DNA of 64,000 bases from Lachnoclostridium sp. (GCA_023664665.1 JAMPEY010000007.1:14899-78898), one strand, 5' to 3'; shown: positions 8,775 to 18,378, counted from the first letter of the stretch. Translations and numbers: made by a program. Notes: a model not told the origin generated them from the sequence alone.

Positions 8775-9767
8775 TCAGCCTCTCACGATTTCAAATCCGT
8801 ATAATTCCGCCATCCGCTCCACTTGCAGCTTAAAATCCCGATTGCCTTTTGTCAGCAGATTTCCGGAGGAATATTGGTCGAAAGCGGTATAAAGAATAAA
8901 ACCATAGCTTTCTCCCCGTTCCGTCTTTATAACTTTCACCTCAACCCGTGTGATCTGTGCCCAGCTTAACTGCACAGGCTTCCGAAACACATAGCTAAGT
9001 TCCAGCCCGTGATCGGAATATTTCCAATACCTCCTTGTCTGCAAAGGCAGTAAGACAAGAAGAGCCGCTGTCGGCAGAACCGCCATAATCAGGCATACTT
9101 TTCCCGCGGAAAGACTTTGTTCAAAAAGCGCTACCGCCAAAGAGTGCCGGGACATCTCTACAATTCCCGACATGATAAATGCGGAAATCCCCATAGCAAA
9201 CAAAACCGCCAGAAGAATCAGCCCCGGATCCATGCAGAGTCTGCCCGTATTTGCCGAAAAAGTCCCCGTTTTTTCCTTCTGCTGTTCCTTCTTATAGTCT
9301 TTACATTGGCGGATTGCCATATCATAAAAAGCGTTGTAATTTATCATGGTAATGTCCGCGGCGACTACCCTCTTTCCTTCCCTGTCAACAAGGGTAAATC
9401 CCACGCTTCCCGTTTTGACCATGCCTCCCAGCAGACTCCATTTAACCACCTTAGGCTTACGGAATTTCAGATTCAGCAAAATCGTTTCCTTATCAAAATA
9501 AATGCGTTCCCGGGACACGAGCCTTGCCCCTGCGATTCCTTCCGCAACAATAACTACAGGCAGCACCACAGCCAATGACACATAGAAAATCAATTCCCCC
9601 GTCCACTCCACACTGTCATCCATACACATCAGTCCCAAAAAGACCAAAACCATCTCCTCTATGACAACTCCCAAAATCGACACGATCATGAATTTTGTTT
9701 CTATTTTGGGAGAATTGCGCACCTCTACACAGCCCTCTGGAAATTGCTCCGATAAATTGGCACTCAT
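8775..9767 (-). CDS. Membrane protein with two TM-pair plus PH-like modules (YdbT-like)
   Basis: Two repeats of hydrophobic helix pairs, each followed by a soluble ~90 aa segment. Adjacent to the bPH gene. Confidence 0.35.
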   Translation of the reverse strand: MSANLSEQFPEGCVEVRNSPKIETKFMIVSILGVVIEEMVLVFLGLMCMDDSVEWTGELIFYVSLAVVLPVVIVAEGIAGARLVSRERIYFDKETILLNLKFRKPKVVKWSLLGGMVKTGSVGFTLVDREGKRVVAADITMINYNAFYDMAIRQCKDYKKEQQKEKTGTFSANTGRLCMDPGLILLAVLFAMGISAFIMSGIVEMSRHSLAVALFEQSLSAGKVCLIMAVLPTAALLVLLPLQTRRYWKYSDHGLELSYVFRKPVQLSWAQITRVEVKVIKTERGESYGFILYTAFDQYSSGNLLTKGNRDFKLQVERMAELYGFEIVRG

Positions 9768-9921
9768 TTGTTTTTACCTCTGTTTTGTTTCATTTTATCA
9801 CAACTTCATGAACCCGTAAACAACAGTTTTTCCACATTGTTTTGAATATCTTTTGAATATCTCTTGCAACCGACTGCCGAAAATGGTAAGATAATAAAAA
9901 TGTGTGCAAGGAGGTAATAAC

Positions 9922-10461
9922 ATGATTGCTAAAGAATGTATCACCGGGCGCAGAAGCATCCGTCAATTCACCAATCAGCCCGTATCCCATGAACTGCTTG
10001 CCGATATTATCCGGACTGCCGCTTTTGCTCCCAGTTGGAAGAATACTCAGATTACCCGTTACATTGCAGTGGAAGGTGAGACCAAAGAAAAATTGGCCCA
10101 GTGCACCAGTGCGTTTCCCGGTAACGGCAAAATTATCGCAAATGCACCTATGGTAATCGCCGTCACCATTGTAAAGGGACGCAGCGGTTTTGAGCGGGAC
10201 GGCTCCTATTCAACCGTCAAGGGAGATTCCTGGCAGATGTTCGATGCCGGTGTTGCCAGTGAAGCCTTTTGCCTTGCCGCTTATGAACAGGGTCTCGGCA
10301 CCGTCATTATGGGCATCTTTGATGTGGCTGAGGCAGCCAGACTATTGGAGGTTCCTGAAGAAAGGGAACTTGTTGCATTGATTCCCATCGGCTATCCCGC
10401 TGAAACTCCCGCCGCTCCGAAACGGAAGGATGTGGAGGATTTGTTATCCTATAAATCATAA
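9922..10461 (+). CDS. Nitroreductase family protein
   Basis: CITGRRSIRQF NADH-nitroreductase N-terminal signature. RBS AAGGAGG is 6 nt before the ATG at 9922. Confidence 0.8.
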   Translation: MIAKECITGRRSIRQFTNQPVSHELLADIIRTAAFAPSWKNTQITRYIAVEGETKEKLAQCTSAFPGNGKIIANAPMVIAVTIVKGRSGFERDGSYSTVKGDSWQMFDAGVASEAFCLAAYEQGLGTVIMGIFDVAEAARLLEVPEERELVALIPIGYPAETPAAPKRKDVEDLLSYKS

Positions 10462-10466
10462 AAATG

Positions 10467-10494
10467 TCGAAGGGGTTTCCCTTCGATATTTTTA
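10467..10494 (+). terminator. Rho-independent terminator after the nitroreductase gene
   Basis: TCGAAGGG-gttt-CCCTTCGA hairpin followed by TATTTTTA. Confidence 0.55.
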
Positions 10495-10539
10495 TGGATA
10501 TCACCTAAATGAATTTAGTCGTGTAGAAATGAGGAAAAT

Positions 10540-11454
10540 ATGAGACATTTAATGAGCCCGCTTGATTTTACCACTGAAGAATTGGACAAGCTCTTTGACC
10601 TTGCCAACGATATTGAAAATAACCCGCAAAAATACGCCCACGCCTGTGACGGCAGGATTCTGGCAACCTGTTTCTATGAACCCAGCACCCGCACCCGTCT
10701 AAGCTTTGAATCCGCCATGACCAGACTCGGCGGAAGCGTCATCGGTTTCTCCGATGCAGGCTCCTCCTCCGCCGCAAAAGGAGAAAGCGTATCCGATACC
10801 ATCCGCATCATTTCCTGCTATGCGGATATCTGTGCCATGAGGCATCCAAAGGAGGGCGCTCCCATGGTTGCCGCAGAAAAATCTTCCATTCCCGTCATCA
10901 ATGCCGGAGACGGAGGACATCAGCATCCCACCCAGACTTTGACAGATTTACTTACCATCAGAAGCCTGAAGGGACGGCTCAATGATTTTACCATCGGCCT
11001 GTGCGGCGACTTAAAGTTCGGCCGCACCGTACACTCACTTATTCATGCATTGGTGCGCTATGAGGGCATCCGCTTCATCTTCATTTCCCCCGAAGAGCTG
11101 CGGGTTCCCGATTACATTACGGATATGCTGAAAGAAAAAGAGATACCCTATGAAGAGGTCGTCCGTCTGGAAAATGTCATGCCCCAACTTGACCTTCTCT
11201 ATATGACCCGTGTTCAGAAAGAGCGTTTTTTCAATGAGGAAGATTATGTCCGCTTGAAAGACTTCTATATTCTGGACTTGGCCAAAATGGAGCTTGCCGG
11301 AGAGAATATGCTGGTGCTCCACCCCCTTCCCAGGGTAAACGAAATTTCCGTGGAAGTGGACGAAGACCCGAGAGCCGCTTATTTTAAGCAGGCACAGTAC
11401 GGTGTGTATGTAAGAATGGCGTTGATACTGACCTTGCTGCAGATTCATATATAA
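10540..11454 (+). CDS. pyrB: Aspartate carbamoyltransferase catalytic subunit
   Basis: STRTRLSFE and HPTQ motifs. Confidence 0.92.
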   Translation: MRHLMSPLDFTTEELDKLFDLANDIENNPQKYAHACDGRILATCFYEPSTRTRLSFESAMTRLGGSVIGFSDAGSSSAAKGESVSDTIRIISCYADICAMRHPKEGAPMVAAEKSSIPVINAGDGGHQHPTQTLTDLLTIRSLKGRLNDFTIGLCGDLKFGRTVHSLIHALVRYEGIRFIFISPEELRVPDYITDMLKEKEIPYEEVVRLENVMPQLDLLYMTRVQKERFFNEEDYVRLKDFYILDLAKMELAGENMLVLHPLPRVNEISVEVDEDPRAAYFKQAQYGVYVRMALILTLLQIHI

Positions 11455-11550
11455 GTCGGCCGACAGACCGAACAAATCATATATCAAAAATAAATAACTA
11501 TCGTTATTCTTGAGTCAATATTCTTTGCCTTGTGCGGAAACGGAGGAAAT

Positions 11551-11982
11551 ATGTTAAATGTAGGAAAAATCGAAGAGGGATTTGTCTTGGACCATATCAA
11601 AGCAGGAAAAAGCCTTTCCCTTTATGAGCATCTCCAATTGGACAGACAGGACTGCACCGTGGCGATTATCAAAAACGCCCGCAGCAATAAAATGGAGAAA
11701 AAGGATATTTTAAAGGTGGAATGTGATATTGATACTCTGGATTTGGATGTACTTGCTTTTATCGACCACAACATTACCGTAAATGTCATCAAAAACGGCG
11801 AAATTGTGGAAAAAAAGGAATTGGTGCTCCCCAAACAGATTAAGAATGTCATCAAATGCCATAACCCCAGATGCATTACTTCCATCGAACAGGGTCTTCC
11901 CCATGTCTTTAACCTTGCAGACGAGGAAAGAGGAATCTACCGCTGCAAATATTGTGAGGAGAAGTATTCAGAAAAGGCATAG
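11551..11982 (+). CDS. pyrI: Aspartate carbamoyltransferase regulatory subunit
   Basis: C-terminal Zn domain CHNPRCITS...YRCKYCE. GGAGG RBS precedes the ATG at 11551. Confidence 0.9.
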   Translation: MLNVGKIEEGFVLDHIKAGKSLSLYEHLQLDRQDCTVAIIKNARSNKMEKKDILKVECDIDTLDLDVLAFIDHNITVNVIKNGEIVEKKELVLPKQIKNVIKCHNPRCITSIEQGLPHVFNLADEERGIYRCKYCEEKYSEKA

Positions 11983-12251
11983 CATTTTCCAGCACTTGAT
12001 ATAACAGGCAAAATACTGCTTCCATGGATGACCCATGGTATATGCACCGTCGGCATATGTGCCGTATGCGCTGCCGCCGGCATGCCACATAAGCAGCATT
12101 ACCAACAGTATGATCAACACGGATTTGATTCTGCCTCCCAGCTTCCATTCCAACTCTTCCAACAACATAAAAAGCCCCCCGCAATATTTGTCCATATTTA
12201 AACATTATGCGGGGGACTTTCTTTTTATGCCTGTGAATCAATACAAAGTTG

Positions 12252-12333
12252 GAAGAATCCGCTTGCGGATTCTTCTCGGAATGAAGATTTTCTTAGGTCA
12301 GGTATTTTCTGACCTTAGAAAATCTTCATTCCG
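12252..12333. repeat. Compound palindromic element (24-nt perfect hairpin GAAGAATCCGC-TT-GCGGATTCTTC plus 26-bp inverted repeat with CTTAGAAAATCTTCATTCCG arms), immediately 3' of secDF
   Basis: Directly read. A near-identical copy lies at 45873..45973, with related copies at 44015..44182 and 51755..51846. Confidence 0.7.
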
Positions 12334-12335
12334 TT

Positions 12336-14603
12336 TTATGCTTTTGCCTTCTTGGGCGGGAATTTCATCCGAAATACATACCACAGCGCCCCAGCCAGAC
12401 ATACGGAAGAATATGCGCCGCAGACAATACCTACCATTAAGGGAAGGGCAAAGTCACGGATGCTGGTTACACCGAAGACATACAGCGCCGCCACCATGAC
12501 AAAGGTGGTCAGGGAGGTAAAGATGCTTCTGGACAAGGTCTGTTGAATACTCTTGTTGACTACATCCTTCAAATCCTCTTTCCTGCTCATCACCGCCATA
12601 TTTTCACGGATACGGTCAAAGATAACGATGGTCGCATTGATGGAATAACCCACAATGGTCAACATGCAGGCGATAAAGGTATTGCCCACCGACACCCTTG
12701 CCGCCGCATAGAATGCAAGCACCACCAGTACATCATGGAGCAGGGCGATAATGCTGCCTGCGCCAAAACGAATGTCACTGAAGCGGACACGGATATAAAG
12801 TAACATACAGATAATCGCGATAACCACCGCAAGAATAGTATCCGACTTCATTTCCCCGCTGATGGTGGAGCTGATGGTTTCCGATGTAATCAATGCTTTC
12901 TCCACACCAAAGTTGTCAATCAGCATCTGTTCCATCTGTTCTCTTTGTTCCACATTTAACGCGTTGGTCTTAAAAATTGCCTCATTGGAATCCTGCACGG
13001 TCTGTACCTGTACCGCGCTGCCCGTAAGCTCCTCAATCAGAGGCACCACCTGTGCGGTAAGCTCCTCTAATGTCTTTGCCTCATTAAAATTCACCGTGGT
13101 AGCTGTACCGCCCTTAAATTCCAGACTATAGTTCAAAATATCGTTCCCCTTGGAAGCGTTGACTCCCATTACCACAAATCCCGCCACAATCACGGCAAGG
13201 GATGCGCCGAAGAAAATTGTCCTCTTGGACAGGAAATCCACGATTTTCTTTTCCTTCCTGCCTACGCCGTACCATTTCTCACTCTTTAAGCCCAGAGCAT
13301 AGAACGCATTTAAGATCCACCTTGTGACAACCAGAGCGGTAAACATGGACAATACAATACCTAACGCCAGAGTCTGGGCAAATCCCTTGATGGTTCCGGG
13401 TCCTAAGAAGAGTAACACCACAGCGGCGATAAGAGTAGTCACATTTCCGTCGATAATTGCGGACAGCGCTTTGTCGAATCCTATTTTTATCGCTTCCCGC
13501 ACAGTTCTTCCTGCCGCCAGTTCCTCACGGATACGGGCGAAAATAATCACATTGGCGTCCACCGCCATTCCGATGGAAAGAATGATGCCTGCCACACCGG
13601 AAAGGGTCAATGTCATATCAAAACCGTTCAACAAAAGCACGATTAATGCCACATACAGGCATAATGCCAGCACGGACGCAAAGCCCGGCAGCAGATACAC
13701 CGCAATCATGAACACCGCTACAATGGCAAAACCAATGACTCCTGCCTTTAAGCTGGTCTCAATGGCTTCCTCCCCAAGTTGTGCGCCCACCACCTTGGAA
13801 TGCAGTTCCTCAAGTTCCAGCTTGAGACCGCCGATACGGATGGTGGAAGCCAGATTCTCCGCAGCCTCAAAACTTTCCATAGGGGAAATCTGCGCGCTTC
13901 CGTCCGTGAAGACACCGTTTACACCAGGTACGCTCACAAAATTTCCGTCATAATAAATGGCAAGGGTCTCGCCCTTCTCATAAGCATTTCTGGTAGCCGT
14001 CGCAAATTTTTCCCTGCCTTCCTCGGTCATGGTCAAATCTACCGCATACACACTGTTTCCCAGCCTGTCCTGCGTGGAACCCGCACGGGCTTCCGCAACA
14101 TCCGTACCTACCAGAGCGATGGAGCCATCCTCAAGAAGGACATCGATGGATTTGTTGAGCACATAGGTATATCCTGTCGTTCCGTCCGCTCCCTGTACTA
14201 TCTGTGAGGAATAGTTTTTGCTGCCATCGGGACCTGTCTCCGAAATAAAGTACAGCGCGCCGGGTCTGCCCAATTCCTGCAAAATAGCATTGGCATTGCT
14301 GACGCCGGGAATTTCAATATTAATTCTGTTAGCGCCTTCCTGATACACAATTGCTTCTTTATTATAATTCTCCACACGCTTCTGGAGCTTTGCAATGGTA
14401 TCGCTCATATCCGTCTGGTCAGGAGTTTCTTCCCCCACCGCCTGATAGGTGATGCTGACTCCTCCCGCCAGATCAAGTCCCAGACTAATGTCTGATGCGC
14501 TTGCAGTGCCCTCCGCATCCGTACCGTAGATATCCACATAGGATACGCCTGCCAGAACCAGCAGCAGACACAGCAAAATAATAACCGCCTTGCTCTTTTT
14601 CAT
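12336..14603 (-). CDS. secDF: Protein translocase subunit SecDF (fused)
   Basis: 755 aa with 12 TM helices, periplasmic-type domains and SecD/SecF motifs. Confidence 0.9.
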   Translation of the reverse strand: MKKSKAVIILLCLLLVLAGVSYVDIYGTDAEGTASASDISLGLDLAGGVSITYQAVGEETPDQTDMSDTIAKLQKRVENYNKEAIVYQEGANRINIEIPGVSNANAILQELGRPGALYFISETGPDGSKNYSSQIVQGADGTTGYTYVLNKSIDVLLEDGSIALVGTDVAEARAGSTQDRLGNSVYAVDLTMTEEGREKFATATRNAYEKGETLAIYYDGNFVSVPGVNGVFTDGSAQISPMESFEAAENLASTIRIGGLKLELEELHSKVVGAQLGEEAIETSLKAGVIGFAIVAVFMIAVYLLPGFASVLALCLYVALIVLLLNGFDMTLTLSGVAGIILSIGMAVDANVIIFARIREELAAGRTVREAIKIGFDKALSAIIDGNVTTLIAAVVLLFLGPGTIKGFAQTLALGIVLSMFTALVVTRWILNAFYALGLKSEKWYGVGRKEKKIVDFLSKRTIFFGASLAVIVAGFVVMGVNASKGNDILNYSLEFKGGTATTVNFNEAKTLEELTAQVVPLIEELTGSAVQVQTVQDSNEAIFKTNALNVEQREQMEQMLIDNFGVEKALITSETISSTISGEMKSDTILAVVIAIICMLLYIRVRFSDIRFGAGSIIALLHDVLVVLAFYAAARVSVGNTFIACMLTIVGYSINATIVIFDRIRENMAVMSRKEDLKDVVNKSIQQTLSRSIFTSLTTFVMVAALYVFGVTSIRDFALPLMVGIVCGAYSSVCLAGALWYVFRMKFPPKKAKA

Positions 14604-14691
14604 GATTTTTTGTCCTTTCTGTCTTTTTGTTTCCTATTCTTATGATTTTATTCTTATGATTCACTCTTTTCGCTGCAGGCTTTTATTTTCT

Positions 14692-16089
14692 TCAGGATTC
14701 TTGCTCTTCCTCCGCCTGCGCCGCCTTCAGCATAATGGCGCATTCTATTCTTTTTCTTTGCAATTCGCAGCCTATGTCATACGCATCGTTGATATTTCCG
14801 TGGAAATTATAAGAATTTGCCGCACAACCGCCGCTGCAATAAAATTTGGCAAAACATTTTTTGCATTTTTCCTTAGCGTACACATTACAGCATTTAAACT
14901 CGTCCCTGATATCTTCCCTGAGAATGCCTTCCTCCACATTCCCCATGAGGAACGCCTCATTTCCCACAAACTGATGACAGGGATACAAATCCCCCCACGG
15001 GGTTACGGCAAGATATTCCGTGCCGGAGCCGCATCCCGAAAGCCGCTTCGCCACACAGGGACCACCCTGCAAGTCTATCATAAAATGGAAGAAATGAAAA
15101 CCCTTCCCCTCTTTATTTCTTTTTAACATCTCCACTGCCAGTCTGTCATATTCCTCTTTCAGTTTGGGGATGTCCTCCTCCGTAATCGCATAAGGTTCCG
15201 AGGGCGGCGCCACTACCGGTTCTACGGATATCTGCCGAAACCCTAAATCCGCAAGATGCAGCACATCCTGCGAAAAATCCGTATTATAGTGGGTAAATGT
15301 GCCTCGCACATAATAATTGGTCTGTTCCCTGCTCTCAACCACTTTCTTAAACTTTGGAACAATCAGGTCATAGCTGCCCTGTCCGCCCCGAAAGGGCCGC
15401 ATCTTATCATGGACTTCCTTCCTTCCGTCTATGCTTAAAACAATGTTTGCCATCTCCTTATTGGCAAATTCCAAAATCTCATCGTTCAGCAATACCCCGT
15501 TGGTGGTGAGGGTAAACCGGAATTTCTTATTATGGGGCGCTTCCAGACTCCTTCCGTACTCTACAAGCTTCTTTACCACCGAAAAGTTCATCAAAGGTTC
15601 TCCCCCAAAGAAGTCCACCTCCAGATTCACCCGGCTGCCGGAATTAGCCACCAGAAAATCCAATGCCTTTTTACCCACTTCAAAGCTCATGAATGCACGC
15701 TCTCCGTGGTACTCTCCCTTTCCCGCAAAACAATACTCACAGGCAAGATTACAGTCATGGGCAATATGCAGGCAGAGAGCCTTCACCACTGTCTGCCTGT
15801 TCTTAAAATCAAAAATATAGTTTTCATAAATATCCGGAGCAAAAAGCTGTCCCGCCTTTTCCAGCGCAAGCACTTCTTCCACGGCTTCCTCAATTTCTTC
15901 CTGCGGATAAGGAAGCTTTTCCATATTTAAGACCGCCGCCTTAATGATATCGCTGTCCTTGATCCCTTCCGTCACAAGGGGCTCTATCAAAGGTATGATG
16001 TCATACACGATGGCATCCGTTATATGGACGGCTCCGCTGTTTACATCCATGACAATATGATATCCATTGTTCTTGTATCGGTGTATCAC
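14692..16089 (-). CDS. SCIFF radical SAM maturase (ranthipeptide synthase, SPASM domain)
   Basis: CNLACEYC radical-SAM cluster motif. C-terminal Cys-rich SPASM domain. N-terminus MIHRYKNNGYHIVMDVNSGAVH is typical of TIGR03974. Located directly downstream of the SCIFF peptide. Confidence 0.85.
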   Translation of the reverse strand: MIHRYKNNGYHIVMDVNSGAVHITDAIVYDIIPLIEPLVTEGIKDSDIIKAAVLNMEKLPYPQEEIEEAVEEVLALEKAGQLFAPDIYENYIFDFKNRQTVVKALCLHIAHDCNLACEYCFAGKGEYHGERAFMSFEVGKKALDFLVANSGSRVNLEVDFFGGEPLMNFSVVKKLVEYGRSLEAPHNKKFRFTLTTNGVLLNDEILEFANKEMANIVLSIDGRKEVHDKMRPFRGGQGSYDLIVPKFKKVVESREQTNYYVRGTFTHYNTDFSQDVLHLADLGFRQISVEPVVAPPSEPYAITEEDIPKLKEEYDRLAVEMLKRNKEGKGFHFFHFMIDLQGGPCVAKRLSGCGSGTEYLAVTPWGDLYPCHQFVGNEAFLMGNVEEGILREDIRDEFKCCNVYAKEKCKKCFAKFYCSGGCAANSYNFHGNINDAYDIGCELQRKRIECAIMLKAAQAEEEQES

Positions 16090-16157
16090 GGTTCAATCCT
16101 TTCACACAAACAAGCAGCGACCGGAATCGCTGCTCACCTTAGTCTCATGCTGTTTGA

Positions 16158-16301
16158 TTATTTCATCTTTTCGCAACTCTGGTTCCCTACTGTACATGAA
16201 GTCTTGCAAGCGGACTGACAGGATGTCTGGCACTCGCCGCAACCGCCCTTTTTCATGGATTCTTTCAAATCTCTGGTGGTCAAAGTTTTAATATGTTTCA
16301 T
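16158..16301 (-). CDS. SCIFF (six-cysteines-in-forty-five) ranthipeptide precursor, 47 aa. The ORF track shows a 79-aa frame; the real start is the internal Met.
   Basis: MKHIKTLTTRDLKESMKKGGCGECQTSCQSACKTSCTVGNQSCEKMK matches the TIGR03973 consensus almost residue for residue. AGGAGG RBS lies 7 nt upstream of the ATG at 16301. Confidence 0.88.
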   Translation of the reverse strand: MKHIKTLTTRDLKESMKKGGCGECQTSCQSACKTSCTVGNQSCEKMK

Positions 16302-16355
16302 TACAAATAACCTCCTTAGTGGTCTTATCCGCCTTACGGCGGAACAATTAAATGT

Positions 16356-16383
16356 AGTATAACATAAACTCTCCATTTGTAAA
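16356..16383 (-). promoter_or_regulatory. Putative sigma-A promoter of the SCIFF operon (TTTACA-16-TGtTATACT, extended -10)
   Basis: Hexamers read on the minus strand ~55 nt upstream of the SCIFF ATG. A GC hairpin CCGCC-gtaa-GGCGG lies in the leader. Confidence 0.4.
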
Positions 16384-16438
16384 AGGGTTTTTTCCAAAAT
16401 TCTGATAAATTTTTTCAGGGCGGAATTTCAATCGGACT

Positions 16439-16481
16439 GCATTATGCAGCTAAGTGCATTATGCAGCTGGGTGCATTATGC
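16439..16481. repeat. Three tandem 17-bp direct repeats, each containing the palindrome GCATnATGC, upstream of the SCIFF promoter
   Basis: GCATTATGCAGCTAAGT / GCATTATGCAGCTGGGT / GCATTATGCGGCCGAGC read directly. Confidence 0.7.
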
Positions 16482-16494
16482 GGCCGAGCCGGAT

Positions 16495-16869
16495 TCAACT
16501 TACCATACCCCCCAGCATTCCGCCTCCGATACACAGTACCATGGTCGTAAAAAAAGAATTTCCCAGCTCTCCCACGGAGCGGTTTATCGCAAAGGACATC
16601 ACCGCCAGCACCAGAAAATATAAAACTCCCATCACAAGTCCCCACAGAAATTTCCGGTTCTGCATCTTCTTTCCCGCCAGAAACCCCGCCAAAAAGGTGG
16701 ATATCACATAAATGGCGATAATGGCGACGGACACAATGCCCGCCCCGATGCCCGCCTTATAAAGCAGCAGGGCAAGCAGCATTAACAACACGGCAGTCAC
16801 TATGTAGGAAAATAAAAGACTCTTTAAAAAGAAAAGCAGCGGTACCTTTTTTTCCTGATATTTTTCCAA
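16495..16869 (-). CDS. Small 4-TM membrane protein of unknown function
   Basis: 124 aa, four hydrophobic helices, Gly-rich C-terminus. Lies between the SCIFF locus and corC. Confidence 0.4.
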   Translation of the reverse strand: MEKYQEKKVPLLFFLKSLLFSYIVTAVLLMLLALLLYKAGIGAGIVSVAIIAIYVISTFLAGFLAGKKMQNRKFLWGLVMGVLYFLVLAVMSFAINRSVGELGNSFFTTMVLCIGGGMLGGMVS

Positions 16870-17052
16870 ATCATGTTCCCCTCTTTCTTATTTTTAACTT
16901 AATCTCCACATCGCAGCTTTGCTACGACCAAATCCCGGAAATCCTCATTCTCTTCACAATAATATATTCCCCACATCCGTAAAACTTGACAACTATCCAT
17001 ATCTATTGTATATTCATTATTAACAAATCTATTACAGAAGGAGTGAACTTTT

Positions 17053-18378
17053 TTGGATACCCCCGGTGTCATACAATTTATTTCATTAATCGTACTGGTT
17101 ATTTTGTCAGGTTTCTTTTCTTCTGCGGAAACCGCCCTTACCACCTGTAACAGGGTGCGGATGCGCGCTCTGGAAGAAGAGGGCAGCAAACGCGCAGCGA
17201 CCGTCAATAAGATATTGGAAAACTACGGCAAAATGCTGAGTGCCATACTTATCGGAAATAATATTGTCAATCTTTATGCTGCCTCGCTTGCCACCACTCT
17301 GGCAATGCGGATTAATCTTGCCGTTGGCATTGCCACAGGCATTCTTACTCTGGTGGTGCTTCTGTTCGGTGAAATTGTCCCTAAGACTCTCGCAATGCTT
17401 TCCTCCGAAAAATTATCCCTCTTATACAGCGGCATTATTTATGGGCTGATGCATCTGCTGACCCCCGTTATTTTTCTGGTAGATAAAATATCGAATGCTA
17501 TTTTATTCATCCTGCGGGTGGACCCCAACAAAAAGGCTTCCACCATGACGGAGACTGAGCTGCGCACCTATGTGGATGTAAGCCATGAGGATGGTGTTAT
17601 TGAAACGGAAGAGCGGGAAATGATTTACAATGTGTTTGACTTTTCCGATGCTCTGGCAAAGGATATCATGATTCCCCGTATCAATATGGTCACCGTAGGG
17701 CTGGACGACACCTATGAACAGGTTCTCGGCGTGTTCAGCGAGTCCATGTACACCCGTCTTCCCGTCTATCAGGACGACAAGGATAATATTGTGGGACTTA
17801 TCAATATCAAGGATTTTATTCTGACAAAAAATCCGGAAGCTTTCCATATCAAAGATATCCTGCGGGATGCCCACTACACTTATGAGTATAAGAAAATTGC
17901 GGATCTGATGTATGAAATGCGTGAAAAAACCACTAATGTAGCCTTTGTCTTAAACGAATACGGCGCCGCCGTAGGAATGATTACCCTCGAGGATTTATTA
18001 GAGGAGATTGTAGGTGAAATCCGCGACGAATACGATCAGGACGAAGAGGAATTTATTCAGGCGGTGGACGAGCGCACTTATCTGGTGGAAGGCAGCATGA
18101 AACTGGATGACATCAACGATGCCCTGGGAACCAATCTGGACAGTGAGGACTATGATTCCATCGGCGGCATCATTATTGAATGCCTGAACCACCTTCCGGA
18201 GGACGGAGAAGAGGTCTCTCTGGAAAGCGGCATCCTCCTACAGGTGAAAGGCATCGACCAGAACCGCATTTCCAAAGTATTGATGACCCTGCCGGCGCCT
18301 CCGGAAGAAGAACAGGAAGCTTCTTTGGAAGAATCCGGAGTCAACGAAGAGACGGCGGAACAGGAAACAGAGTCCTAG
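17053..18378 (+). CDS. CNNM/CorC-HlyC family hemolysin-like Mg/Co efflux protein (DUF21-CBS-CorC_HlyC); probable TTG start
   Basis: N-terminal DUF21 TM region (SAETAL). CBS pair. C-terminal transporter-associated domain. Codon at 17053 is TTG, preceded by AGGAG. Confidence 0.85.
   Translation: MDTPGVIQFISLIVLVILSGFFSSAETALTTCNRVRMRALEEEGSKRAATVNKILENYGKMLSAILIGNNIVNLYAASLATTLAMRINLAVGIATGILTLVVLLFGEIVPKTLAMLSSEKLSLLYSGIIYGLMHLLTPVIFLVDKISNAILFILRVDPNKKASTMTETELRTYVDVSHEDGVIETEEREMIYNVFDFSDALAKDIMIPRINMVTVGLDDTYEQVLGVFSESMYTRLPVYQDDKDNIVGLINIKDFILTKNPEAFHIKDILRDAHYTYEYKKIADLMYEMREKTTNVAFVLNEYGAAVGMITLEDLLEEIVGEIRDEYDQDEEEFIQAVDERTYLVEGSMKLDDINDALGTNLDSEDYDSIGGIIIECLNHLPEDGEEVSLESGILLQVKGIDQNRISKVLMTLPAPPEEEQEASLEESGVNEETAEQETES

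Noticed and set aside
11968-12195. 75-aa minus-strand ORF (MDKYCGGLFMLLEELEW...) between pyrI and secDF
   Set aside because: Sits across the pyrI terminator hairpin (GCCCCCCGCA...TGCGGGGGAC followed by T-run). It has odd palindromic DNA content and no RBS, so it is most likely non-coding terminator or repeat sequence.
16899-17207. 102-aa minus-strand ORF overlapping the corC start
   Set aside because: Overlaps the well-supported CNNM/CorC gene (TTG start with RBS) and its promoter region. No RBS and no conservation signal.
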